From Microcoleus sp. (GTDB taxonomy: Bacteria > Cyanobacteriota > Cyanobacteriia > Cyanobacteriales > Microcoleaceae), in the NCBI GenBank assembly GCA_042408215.1, contig JAYFMW010000020.1, positions 160,001 through 224,000 of the forward strand: a DNA stretch of 64,000 nt. The letters run 5' to 3'. Every line of letters starts with the position of its first letter. Position 1 is the stretch's first letter. The notes beneath the pieces were generated by a model. It did not search any database. It saw nothing but the letters and a program-made list of their open reading frames with translations, and had not been told where the DNA came from. Shown here one piece after another: positions 21,025-30,452 of this stretch. The translations under genes and the position numbers were made by a program.

Positions 21025-23256
21025 TTGATGACTCCAACTTCTCCTCTCAAAACCCTACAAACTAAAATTGGCGGCATGGATTGCGGCAACTGTGCCAAAA
21101 CCGTAGAAGCGGGCCTGCAAAAGTTACCGGGAGTTACCGATATTAATGTAGTTTTTACAACAGAAAGCTTACGGTTAAATTATGACCCGCAGCAAGTAAG
21201 CGAAAAAGCAATTTTCGATCGCATTAAAACTTTGGGCTACACTATTGAACAGACTGTAGCAGCAATACCACCATCGGAGGATTCCTGTTGTTCACAGGAA
21301 CAGGAACAGGAACACCAGCAGCATCATCATCACCAGCATTCAACAGTCCAGAAAACTCAAAAGACAAATCCAACTAACTGGGAATTCTGGATTCGCAATC
21401 GCCGGGGACAGACTGTAATTTTAGCAGGATTGGGATTAGTTCTGGGATTGCTAACTCAGCATTTAGCACTGCCAATTTTGCTGTCGCGGGGTTTTTACGG
21501 TATCGGTATTATTGTAGCCGGATTTGCGATCGCCCGCGCCGGTCTGATGGAGTTGCGGTTGCGGCGCGCTGACATGAACCTGTTGATGACAATTTCGGTA
21601 ATTGGTGCGGTGATTTTAGGCGATTGGTTTGAAGCGGCGCTGGTTGTATTTCTGTTTAGTTTGGGAACAACTTTGCAAACTTTCACTTTCAGCCGCACTC
21701 GCAATGCTATTGCTAGTTTAATGGATATAACACCTGCGACGGCAACTGTCAAGCGCGACAATAATCAGGAAGTAACGGTGCGCGTCGAGGAAATTCAAGT
21801 AGGAGAAATTCTGACAATTCGTCCCGGACAAAAGGTGGCTTTAGATGGTATAGTTGTATCGGGAAATTCTGCGATCGACCAATCCCCAATTACGGGAGAA
21901 TCTATCCCGGAAGATAAGGAAAAGGGCGATCGGGTTTTTGCGGGAACGTTAAATCAAACTGGCTTTTTGGAAGTTCAAGTCACCCACACTGCTAATGATA
22001 CCACGGTTGCTAAAATTGTTCATTTAGTCGAATCAGCCCAATCCAGCCGCGCCCCGACTCAGCAGTGGGTGGATAAGTTTGCAGAAATTTATACTCCAAT
22101 TGTGATAGTAAGTGCGATCGCCCTAACTGTAATTGGGCCCTTAATTTTTGCCCAGCCGTTCAATGTTTGGTTTTACCGGGCGCTGGTAATGTTAGTCATA
22201 GCCTGTCCTTGCGCCTTAGTAATTTCTACTCCAGTTTCTATTGTCAGCGCCATTGGTGCAGCCACCAGTCAAGGTGTTTTGTTCAAGGGTGGAAATGGGC
22301 TAGAAACTGCTGGAAAACTCCAGAGTATTGCTTTTGATAAAACCGGAACTTTGACTCAAGGAAAACCTACGGTAAAAAAGGTGTACGATCTGGGAGAATT
22401 GAGCGCAAGTGCGGTATTATTGATTGCAGCTTGTTTGGAAAGGCGATCGGAACATCCTTTAGCTAAGGCAATTGTTGCCCAAGCTGAAGCCCAGGGAATT
22501 GAGTTAGAAACTCCTGAAAGTTTTACGGCTTATCCAGGTAAAGGAATTAGCGGAAAGTTTGGCAACAACCTTTATTTGGCGGGCAATCGGCGGTTATTTG
22601 TAGACCTAAAGATGGCACTTTCAGCATCAACATTATCTCTTTTAGATGACATAGAAAAGTTAGGACAAACTCCTGTTTTGGTAGGAGGCGATCGCGGTTT
22701 ATTAGGAATCATTGCTTTGGCTGACGGCTTGCGGCTAGAAGCTGGGGAGGCAGTACATTTGCTCAAACAGATGGGGCTGAAGCGACTGGTAATGCTCACG
22801 GGCGATCGAACTGTTGTGGCAGCCCAAATAGCTGAACAGCTCAACCTATCTGAGTATAAAGCAGAACTGCTCCCAGAAGACAAACTGCAAGAGATTCAAC
22901 AATTACGCAGTTTTGGGGCTGTAGGGATGGTGGGCGACGGAATAAACGATGCCCCAGCTTTAGCAGCCGCCGATATTAGCTTTGCAGTTGGCGGCATTGA
23001 TATGGCACTAGAAACCGCCGATGTGGTGCTAGTTGGTAGCGACTTAAGAAAACTCGCCTATGCAGTTGATTTGAGCCGCCGCACTGTAGCTGTAATTCGG
23101 CAGAATGTGATTTTTTCCTTAGTCACAAAAGCGCTGTTTTTGTTATTGGGAACTTTTGGATTTGTCGGGTTAGCAGTTGCAGTTATTGCAGATACGGGAA
23201 CATCCTTAATTGTGACAGCAAATGGAATGCGGTTGTTTCGCTCCAAGTTGAATTAG
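21025..23256 (+). CDS. Heavy-metal P1B-type ATPase (ZiaA/CadA-like)
   Basis: GMDCGNC HMA domain, His-rich linker, TGES, CPC, DKTGT, SEHP, GDGINDAP. Confidence 0.95.
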   Translation: MMTPTSPLKTLQTKIGGMDCGNCAKTVEAGLQKLPGVTDINVVFTTESLRLNYDPQQVSEKAIFDRIKTLGYTIEQTVAAIPPSEDSCCSQEQEQEHQQHHHHQHSTVQKTQKTNPTNWEFWIRNRRGQTVILAGLGLVLGLLTQHLALPILLSRGFYGIGIIVAGFAIARAGLMELRLRRADMNLLMTISVIGAVILGDWFEAALVVFLFSLGTTLQTFTFSRTRNAIASLMDITPATATVKRDNNQEVTVRVEEIQVGEILTIRPGQKVALDGIVVSGNSAIDQSPITGESIPEDKEKGDRVFAGTLNQTGFLEVQVTHTANDTTVAKIVHLVESAQSSRAPTQQWVDKFAEIYTPIVIVSAIALTVIGPLIFAQPFNVWFYRALVMLVIACPCALVISTPVSIVSAIGAATSQGVLFKGGNGLETAGKLQSIAFDKTGTLTQGKPTVKKVYDLGELSASAVLLIAACLERRSEHPLAKAIVAQAEAQGIELETPESFTAYPGKGISGKFGNNLYLAGNRRLFVDLKMALSASTLSLLDDIEKLGQTPVLVGGDRGLLGIIALADGLRLEAGEAVHLLKQMGLKRLVMLTGDRTVVAAQIAEQLNLSEYKAELLPEDKLQEIQQLRSFGAVGMVGDGINDAPALAAADISFAVGGIDMALETADVVLVGSDLRKLAYAVDLSRRTVAVIRQNVIFSLVTKALFLLLGTFGFVGLAVAVIADTGTSLIVTANGMRLFRSKLN

Positions 23257-23381
23257 TAGTAATCCCAAATCCGGCTTAAATATCCTCCTTATTTCTTAGT
23301 CTCGCGTTGCACGGACTTTGTTTGTGTAGTAGCGATTGCAATCGCCGAATAATCGAGGGGATAACGAACCCGGACTTGGTA

Positions 23382-23790
23382 TCAGTCATCAGTCAATAGT
23401 CATCAGTCATCAGTCATCAGTCAATAGTCATTAGTCAATAGTCATCAGTCATCAGTCATCAGTCAATAGTCATCAGTCATCAGTCATCAGTCAATAGTCA
23501 TCAGTCATCAGTCATTAGTCATCAGTCATTAGTCATCAGTCATCAGTCAATAGTCATCAGTCATCAGTCAATAGTCATCAGTCATTAGTCATAAGTCATC
23601 AGTCAATAGTCATCAGTCAACAGTCATCAGTCAATAGTCATCAGTCATCAGTCAATAGTCATCAGTCAACAGTCATCAGTCAATAGTCATCAGTCAATAG
23701 TCATCAGTCAATAGTCAACAGTCATCAGTCAATAGTCATCAGTCAATAGTCATCAGTCATCAGTCAATAGTCATCAGTCAACAGTCAACA
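23382..23790. repeat. Long STRR array, about 58 heptamers (AGTCATC/AGTCAAT/AGTCATT)
   Basis: Uninterrupted 7-bp periodicity between convergent genes. Confidence 0.95.
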
Positions 23791-23799
23791 ATTAACACA

Positions 23800-24645
23800 C
23801 TAATTCTTTGCTCCCACGCCAACATACATAATCGAAGTATCCTGATTAATTTTGATTTTAAACAACCCAGATTTTTTGTAATCAACATAGTTAGCGATAT
23901 TAGATGTTAAGGTTTGAGATGCTTGTTTGAGAAGATCGGCGTCTGGGAATAGCTGCTTTCCCCCCATCAAATTTCCCCAAAAACTGTTTAATTCAGTTAA
24001 AAGAGCGCCAATTTCTCCAAACACATCAAAACCTTTAATTTCAATATTGCCAAAACCGGTATCACCCATTACCACAGACAGTTCCTCCGGCGTAATAAAC
24101 TTGTCCCAATCGTGAACGCCCCGCTTAATTTCCTGCAAGATGTTTTCCATCAGCCCAATCATCACAACTTGCGAGGAAAAAGTTCGATTAATCGTATCAA
24201 AAAAGAACAATCCCCCAGGCTTGAGAATTCTGTGAACCTCTGAGACAACCTGTTTGTAATCGGCAACGTGTTCTAAAACATCTACGCAGATTACCACATC
24301 AAAGGTATTATCATCGTAGGGCATATTTTCCGCAAAACCTTGCCTGTAGTCAATCTCAAAACCGCTAATCACTGCATGATTTATAGCTGCTTGAACGCAC
24401 TTCTGGGATTGGTCTATTCCAGAAACAATCGCGCCTCTCTCGGCCATAAATTCGCTGGAAAAGCCGCCGCCGCACCCGACATCTAAGGTTTTTAGCCCTC
24501 GCCAATTTGTCGCGTGTCTGTCGAAAAACTCAAATCTGGGTTTATTGAGATGGTAGAGAGCATAGATTTTGGATTTTTCGTCCCACCAATTATCGGCATT
24601 TTCGTCGTAAAATTCTAAATCATTTTTTACTTCTGTTTTTACCAT
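23800..24645 (-). CDS. UbiG-like class I SAM methyltransferase
   Basis: WW..LNKPR, LDVGCGGG, VLEHV, DTINRT, HDWDKFITPEE; the longer ORF start lies inside a MITE. Confidence 0.85.
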   Translation of the reverse strand: MVKTEVKNDLEFYDENADNWWDEKSKIYALYHLNKPRFEFFDRHATNWRGLKTLDVGCGGGFSSEFMAERGAIVSGIDQSQKCVQAAINHAVISGFEIDYRQGFAENMPYDDNTFDVVICVDVLEHVADYKQVVSEVHRILKPGGLFFFDTINRTFSSQVVMIGLMENILQEIKRGVHDWDKFITPEELSVVMGDTGFGNIEIKGFDVFGEIGALLTELNSFWGNLMGGKQLFPDADLLKQASQTLTSNIANYVDYKKSGLFKIKINQDTSIMYVGVGAKN

Positions 24646-24671
24646 GCTTTTTTCCATCCTAGTTAGAACAA

Positions 24672-24835
24672 TAGGACTTACGCACGGGTGGTCAGAAACC
24701 GGGTTTTTCCGAGAAAACTTCGTTACAGTCGGCAAAAATGGGTGGTCAGAAACCGGGTTTTTCCGAGAAAACTTCGTTACAGTCGGCAAAAATGGCAAAA
24801 ACCCGGTTTATGCAGGTTTTGATGCGTAAGTCCTA
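24672..24835. mobile_element. MITE with 5-bp target-site duplication
   Basis: Perfect 13-bp TIR TAGGACTTACGCA / TGCGTAAGTCCTA flanked by AACAA on both sides; internal 54-bp tandem duplication. Confidence 0.85.
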
Positions 24836-24897
24836 AACAATATAGCTTTGCTTCACGCATTTTTGATTATAATACCTTTGGCCTAAATTTCAACCAG

Positions 24898-25653
24898 ATG
24901 AATCGCGTTTCTATTATTATTCCGACTCTGAACGAAGCGACTTGTCTGGAACGTACCCTCCTTCAACTCAGCATTCTCAATCCTCCTGCTTGGGAGGTTT
25001 TGGTGGTAGATGGCGGTAGTCAAGACGAAACAGTGGCGATTCCCTACGGGATAGCTGCGCTTCACGCCCTCACCTCCCAAACCCGTGTTATTTCTAGCAC
25101 TATACCGGGACGTTCCGTACAAATGAACCTAGGTGCACAAACCGCCACCGGCGAAATTCTTTGCTTTCTCCACGCCGATACTTTAGTACCAGACGACATT
25201 GTAGCAGTCATGCAGCAAACACTGTCCGATCCCAAAATTGTCGGTGGCGGATTTATCTCCCTGATGGCTGGTTCCCAGCAAACAAGATGGGGTTTTTCGC
25301 TGCACAATTACCTGAAAACTTATTACGCGCCGCTATTATTTCGCCCTCATTTATTTGTCAAAGGATTGCGGTTGCTATTTGGGGATCAAGTGATTTTTTG
25401 CCGTCGTACAGACTTTTTAGAATGCGATGGTTTTGATGCAGAACTGCCAATTATGGAGGAAGCTGATTTGTGTTTGAAGTTGGTAAGACGGGGTAAGATT
25501 AAGTTAGTAAATAGGATAGTCGAAAGTAGCGATCGGCGGGTTGCTTCTTGGGGCGAATTTAAGGCAATTGCTATCTATCTTTCTATTGGTTTTCTGTGGG
25601 GTTTTGGGGTTTCTGGGAGGTATCTCAAGCAATTTTATGAAGATATTCGCTGA
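24898..25653 (+). CDS. GT2 glycosyltransferase (TIGR04283-like)
   Basis: IIIPTLNE, VVDGGS, QMNLGA, FLHADT, FGDQ, SSDRR. Confidence 0.85.
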   Translation: MNRVSIIIPTLNEATCLERTLLQLSILNPPAWEVLVVDGGSQDETVAIPYGIAALHALTSQTRVISSTIPGRSVQMNLGAQTATGEILCFLHADTLVPDDIVAVMQQTLSDPKIVGGGFISLMAGSQQTRWGFSLHNYLKTYYAPLLFRPHLFVKGLRLLFGDQVIFCRRTDFLECDGFDAELPIMEEADLCLKLVRRGKIKLVNRIVESSDRRVASWGEFKAIAIYLSIGFLWGFGVSGRYLKQFYEDIR

Positions 25654-25667
25654 AGAATCAACTCCGA

Positions 25668-26720
25668 TTAAACACCCAGAATGTACTGGCTGTACTTCTT
25701 GGGCAAAACTTTTTGCAGCAGGTAAATAATCGCCAAACAAACCAGCAAAGTCACGGTAACTATAAAGGCCAGCTTGATTAGGGGATCGCCTGGGTCAAAA
25801 ATCTTATAAAACACTAAAAGAACATACTGCACTACTGCTGGATCCAGCAGGTATATAGGGAATGAATAAGCAGCCAATATCTTGATTAACCCAGATACTC
25901 TACTGGGAAGTCTGATACTTTTAGAAAATGCGAGAATCGACAATACGAATAAAATTGCGTATCCTTGAGCTGATATTTTAAAAAATGCTCTGGCAAACCA
26001 TCCATTATCATTAACTGCATAGAGCGAGTAATTTTCCCAAATACTAGCTAGATAGAACAAGACAGTTACTGCTAAAACTGGTATTTTTATGCGTTGCAGA
26101 GCTGCTTGGATTCTGTCATAGGAGCCGCCCAGAATTAAACCTGTTGAAAATGGCAAAATCCAACTAAAAATCCACCGTTCCATCAAGGGTAGAGGTATTG
26201 AAATGTATTTGAGAGCTGTTAAGTAAAAGAGGATTGTATAAATTATTTGAATTGTCAAACCCAAAGCTAAAATTTTTCGGGTTTCTAAAAAATTAAATTT
26301 AACTAAGAGCCACCACCACAAATAGCATTGAACAATCACAACTATAAAGTAATAGGGTGGCTTTACTGAGCCTGTCAGCACATCTATGACTAATGCCAAT
26401 AAATCCAATTTGTTGAGGTTTTCTAAATTATTTAAGATGTACAAAACTACCGACCAAAATAGATATGGAGGTATAATTCTTGACAGTCTTTTCTTTAATA
26501 TCAGTGTGGGATTATTTTGATTTTCCAGTTTGTTGGTCAGAAAAAAACCGCTCAGCATTAAAAATGCTGGTACGCAGAAAAGCTGGAGTGTATCGATCGC
26601 AATAAATAGAATTCTGCGATCGGTAAATGCCAAGAATCCAGCATGAGTAATCACAACACTTACGATCGCCAAAGCTCGGATTAAATCAAATTCCGCGAAC
26701 CGATTAGGAGCTGTTTGCAT
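25668..26720 (-). CDS. Acyltransferase family 3 membrane protein
   Basis: DLIRALAI...H, VPAFLMLSGF, RIIPPY; about 10 TM segments. Confidence 0.88.
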   Translation of the reverse strand: MQTAPNRFAEFDLIRALAIVSVVITHAGFLAFTDRRILFIAIDTLQLFCVPAFLMLSGFFLTNKLENQNNPTLILKKRLSRIIPPYLFWSVVLYILNNLENLNKLDLLALVIDVLTGSVKPPYYFIVVIVQCYLWWWLLVKFNFLETRKILALGLTIQIIYTILFYLTALKYISIPLPLMERWIFSWILPFSTGLILGGSYDRIQAALQRIKIPVLAVTVLFYLASIWENYSLYAVNDNGWFARAFFKISAQGYAILFVLSILAFSKSIRLPSRVSGLIKILAAYSFPIYLLDPAVVQYVLLVFYKIFDPGDPLIKLAFIVTVTLLVCLAIIYLLQKVLPKKYSQYILGV

Positions 26721-27014
26721 GGTAAAAATTAGATTGTAAAAATTTGAGTCAGATTCGGAAATATAGCAGAAGTCCGATGGAAGTCGGAAGAAGATCGATG
26801 TGGAAATGCAGCCACAGTAAGAGTTTCAGCTATCAAGAATGCGATGCACGATCGCCCAGTCCAAGTGTCCTAACCGTCTTGGCGGTTGCTATATTAAAGT
26901 TGTTTTTAGTAAGGACTTTAGTCCTGATGATTGAAAACTATGAGGAATTCAGTCCTCACTACAAACGATGTATAGCGACGAAATTAGTTAACAATTAGTT
27001 ACCGTTTCTGCGAT

Positions 27015-27680
27015 CTATTGTCCAGAAACACTATCTAACCGATCGCGCCCATTGCGAACTACTCGCAGCATATCGCTCAGCTTATGCTCGATATTGTCCA
27101 ACATTTGGTCGGCGTAGTCGTCGGCTCCGTTTTGAATTTCCTCGCATTCAGCCATCGCCCTCGCTCTCATCTCTGCCAATTCCTCTTGAGCCTGGTAGCG
27201 AATTTGTTCAACTTCCGCCAGCGTCGCCTGCTGAATTGCTTCGCAGTCGAGCAAAACTTGCTGTCGCAACTGATCGGCTTCTACCTTCGCCTGTTGGATC
27301 AGGCCCATATCGTTTAAAAGCTCTGCCGCTCGCAGCTCTGCGGCTTCTACGACTTTAGTCGCGTACAGTTCGGCTTCTTGAAGCAAGTCGTCTTTGTGTC
27401 GGATAATCAGCTCGGCTTCCTGAAAGGCGATCGGCAAATTCAGCCTCACCAAGTCTAACTGGTCGAGCAACTGTTCTTCATCCACCAGAGTGCGTCTAGT
27501 CATGGGAATTCGCGGACTGTCGAGAACAATTTCCTCAAGTCGGTTCAATTCCCGCTGGATGTCTACTCCTGTGGTTCTGGTGTCGTCTCCGAAGGCGGCT
27601 GGGTGCTGAGGTGGTTCGTGCTCAGTGCTGCGTCCGGTGCTGTCTGGTTCGATGCGAGTTGGTTCCTGCTGGCGTAACAT
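27015..27680 (-). CDS. DivIVA-like coiled-coil cell division protein (Cdv3)
   Basis: LNRLEE....RIP...[20 protein letters not shown]; located after coaD. Confidence 0.8.
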   Translation of the reverse strand: MLRQQEPTRIEPDSTGRSTEHEPPQHPAAFGDDTRTTGVDIQRELNRLEEIVLDSPRIPMTRRTLVDEEQLLDQLDLVRLNLPIAFQEAELIIRHKDDLLQEAELYATKVVEAAELRAAELLNDMGLIQQAKVEADQLRQQVLLDCEAIQQATLAEVEQIRYQAQEELAEMRARAMAECEEIQNGADDYADQMLDNIEHKLSDMLRVVRNGRDRLDSVSGQ

Positions 27681-28141
27681 TTGTAAATATCTAGAGCGAC
27701 GTGTTTCGGAACAAGATGATCTACGGAGCCTCCAAACTTGGCTATTTCCTTAACTACACTACTACTTAAAAAGCTGTATTCGTTAGAAGTAGCCAAAAAG
27801 ACTGTTTCAATTTCACCCAACAGGGTTTTATTGGTGTGGGCCATCTGGAGTTCCATTTCAAAGTCTGTTAATACTCGCAGCCCCCGCAGCAGCACTTTGG
27901 CTTGTCGAATTTTAGCATAGTTTACTGTCAAACCCTCAAAACTGTCTACTTCTACGTTTTGTAAGTGTTGGGTGGAGCGCAGGATCTGCTCGATTCGTTC
28001 CTCTACGGTAAATAGAGGGATTTTGCTGGGATTTCGGACTATGGTCACGATGACCCGATCGAATAGTTTACAGCCCCTCTCGATGATGTCTACGTGACCG
28101 AAAGTAATGGGGTCAAAGCTGCCTGGATAGATTGCAATCAC
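27563..28141 (-). CDS. coaD: Phosphopantetheine adenylyltransferase
   Basis: [25 protein letters not shown]. Confidence 0.97.
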   Translation of the reverse strand: MIAIYPGSFDPITFGHVDIIERGCKLFDRVIVTIVRNPSKIPLFTVEERIEQILRSTQHLQNVEVDSFEGLTVNYAKIRQAKVLLRGLRVLTDFEMELQMAHTNKTLLGEIETVFLATSNEYSFLSSSVVKEIAKFGGSVDHLVPKHVALDIYKCYASRNQLASNQTAPDAALSTNHLSTQPPSETTPEPQE

Positions 28142-28265
28142 GAGTTTAGCCCTAGGGAGAGGGGGAGTGGGGGAACATGGGGAGAGTGGGAGTGGGGGAA
28201 CATGGGGAGAGTGGGGAGATGTGGAAAATCTTCACATCGATCCTGTTCCTTCTTCCTTCTTCCTT

Positions 28266-29129
28266 CTACTTTTTGATCGAATGAGCTTTGTAGAAAGTTT
28301 CGAGGCTCTGTCTGTCGCCCACGAACCGCCAGTGCCAAGGCTCGTAACTAACTCCTTGGCGATTGTTTTTGGGGAACGACAGTTCAAAGCTAAATGTTGT
28401 TGCATTAGCTTCTAGCCACTTGAATGCTGGGGTATTTTCAAAGCTTTGACTCAGGTTACTGTCTGGGGAACTGCCATCGCCGAGGTCGATCGCGTAACCG
28501 GTGTGGTGTTCGCTGTACCCTGGAGGGGCGCTGACTTCGGCTCGCTTGCTGACATTTTGCTTGCGTTCGGCTTTCACGTCAAAAAATACGTGTTGTTGGT
28601 CTTCGAGGGAACGAAAGCCAGATATGGGAGCAAAATATATGCCGGAGGCGGCTGCGGCATTCACCATGTCCTGATATTTGGCTGCTGCTGAGGAGCGGAG
28701 TTTGACTGCGCCGTCGGGGGTGACGGCTACCAAGTCTGAGGCTGGTGCTTCTTGGTATGGCAAGTGTCCCAGCAGGTTGTCTGGGGTGACTGGGCCGGAT
28801 TTGCCAGTTGTTGATTTAGCAACTGGACTTGTCGCCGATGGCGAAGCAGAGCTGGCTGGTGCTGGGTTTTGTTCAGTTTGCTCTGCCCGACTGGTGGCTG
28901 GGAAAAAATTAAAGTTGAGGTGCAGCCAAATGCTGACCCCAAAGGCTAGTACGCCCAACCCAGCCAGTTTCCAAATCAGTCTTTTTTTCTGAGACTGACT
29001 CGGCTTGGCTTCTGGGTATGGGTTGTCTCGCACTGCTTCTGGAATTTCATCGGCGCCAAACTCTGAGGTGGGCGACGGTTTTCTCGACAGACTAGCGTTA
29101 TCCAAGCCAGCTCCACTCCTGCACTTCAA
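28266..29129 (-). CDS. M15/VanY D,D-carboxypeptidase
   Basis: SGFRS, APPGYSEHHTGYAID, YEPWHWRF; one TM segment; start uncertain. Confidence 0.92.
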   Translation of the reverse strand: MKCRSGAGLDNASLSRKPSPTSEFGADEIPEAVRDNPYPEAKPSQSQKKRLIWKLAGLGVLAFGVSIWLHLNFNFFPATSRAEQTEQNPAPASSASPSATSPVAKSTTGKSGPVTPDNLLGHLPYQEAPASDLVAVTPDGAVKLRSSAAAKYQDMVNAAAASGIYFAPISGFRSLEDQQHVFFDVKAERKQNVSKRAEVSAPPGYSEHHTGYAIDLGDGSSPDSNLSQSFENTPAFKWLEANATTFSFELSFPKNNRQGVSYEPWHWRFVGDRQSLETFYKAHSIKK

Positions 29130-29268
29130 TAAGGCTCAACGTTAAAAATTGTAGACCGATCTGGGCGATCGAGTATCTACAATTGCCGCCCTTGATTATA
29201 TATCTATTCTTTCTGCTTGCCGATCGACTTCCGGGCCCATGCTTGAATCTGTGATGTTGCGGGATTTG

Positions 29269-29490
29269 CTAGTGTTCCACAAAATCCAACAACTCTTCGA
29301 TGGAAACATCAAAAGTCCGCGCCAATTTTACCAGAGCACCGATGTCAGCCATTGCCATACCGGGCGATCGCGCATAACTTTTCACCGTATTGTAGGATAC
29401 CCCGGAGCGATCGGCTACTTCCTTCAGCGTCCAGCCTTCCCTCTGGGCAAACTCTCTAATCCGCAATTTAACCAATTCTCCTCTTGACAT
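29269..29490 (-). CDS. XRE-family HTH regulator
   Basis: GWTLKEVADRSGVSYNTV helix-turn-helix. Confidence 0.88.
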   Translation of the reverse strand: MSRGELVKLRIREFAQREGWTLKEVADRSGVSYNTVKSYARSPGMAMADIGALVKLARTFDVSIEELLDFVEH

Positions 29491-29560
29491 AATGGTGAAT
29501 TTTCACCTATACTGTATATGAGATTGAAAGCGCCCACGACCGAAACCTTTATGATGCCAC

Positions 29561-29782
29561 CTAATCTTCCACCACATCAAACAAATCTTCAATCAACAGG
29601 TCAAAAGTTCGAGCTAATTTTTGCAGATGAGTAACGTCAACCGTTGCTAACCCTGGAGAACGAGCATAATTCTTAAGCGTGCTGTAGTGAACTCCCGATC
29701 GCTCAGAAACCTCTGTCAGAGTCCAACCCTTCTCGGCAGCTAGCTCTCGAATCCGCAACTTAACCAATCCCATTCTTGACAC
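29561..29782 (-). CDS. XRE-family HTH regulator, paralog of 29269-29490
   Basis: GWTLTEVSERSGVHYSTL; shares LVKLRIRE, YARSPG and KLARTFD. Confidence 0.88.
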   Translation of the reverse strand: MSRMGLVKLRIRELAAEKGWTLTEVSERSGVHYSTLKNYARSPGLATVDVTHLQKLARTFDLLIEDLFDVVED

Positions 29783-29890
29783 CTGGCCAGTATTGACCTT
29801 AAAATAGTTACATAATCATAAATAGCGATCGCCCCCCGGCATCTAAAACTGAAGAGCGAACAGCTATTTATTGAAATGACCGACAATTTG

Positions 29891-29984
29891 GCATTCACCA
29901 ACAAAAAGTAGGATTCACCAACAAAAAGTAGGATTCACCCCAAATCAAGTCGCATTCACCCCAAAAAAGTCGGAGTCACCAACC
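29891..29984. repeat. About 4.5 tandem 20-21-bp direct repeats
   Basis: G(C/G)ATTCACC..CAAAAAGT. repeated up to the ATG at 29985. Confidence 0.85.
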
Positions 29985-30425
29985 ATGATACCAAAACAAA
30001 ACTCAGAAGCCAAGCAAATAAATCCACTAGCTCGCTTTGTCACCAAAGAAGCAGTTGCAAAAGTCTTGAAAGTCAAGCCAGAACAGATTCGCGAGATTCG
30101 CTGCTGGGCTTACATCATCCACGTTGTGGGAGTTGGCATCAGTCGATTTGTGAGTTACGCAGATATGCCGCCAATTTTAGGAGTCGAACCGCCGACACTG
30201 CAAGACTGCATCCGGTGGCGGAAACGCTGGAGAAGCACCCAACACCGAGCACCGATATTTTGGGTGGATTTTTATGAGGGAAAATTTCGGCAGTCTCGTA
30301 GTGTGGAAGAACTTTACAACTGGGGTAAATTGGTAGGTAGGATTAAGCATGGGTTATTATTATCTCAGGTCGAGTGGCTGCGGCATATTTATGGTGTAGT
30401 GAAAGAGTGTATTCAGGCTTTTTGA
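29985..30425 (+). CDS. Hypothetical basic, Trp-rich protein
   Basis: ATG ORF with GGAG RBS, divergent from the XRE pair. Confidence 0.65.
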   Translation: MIPKQNSEAKQINPLARFVTKEAVAKVLKVKPEQIREIRCWAYIIHVVGVGISRFVSYADMPPILGVEPPTLQDCIRWRKRWRSTQHRAPIFWVDFYEGKFRQSRSVEELYNWGKLVGRIKHGLLLSQVEWLRHIYGVVKECIQAF

Positions 30426-30452
30426 GTTGAGTTTGTTTAGCCTTAATTAATT

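Noticed and set aside
24646..24798. Duplicated N-terminal extension of the methyltransferase
   Set aside because: Translation of the MITE's internal duplication
27563..27680. 118-bp coaD/cdv3 overlap as a novel feature
   Set aside because: A low-complexity CoaD tail over an operonic neighbour; probably ordinary for this gene pair
29891..29984. Possible mini-CRISPR
   Set aside because: 20-bp period leaves no room for spacers
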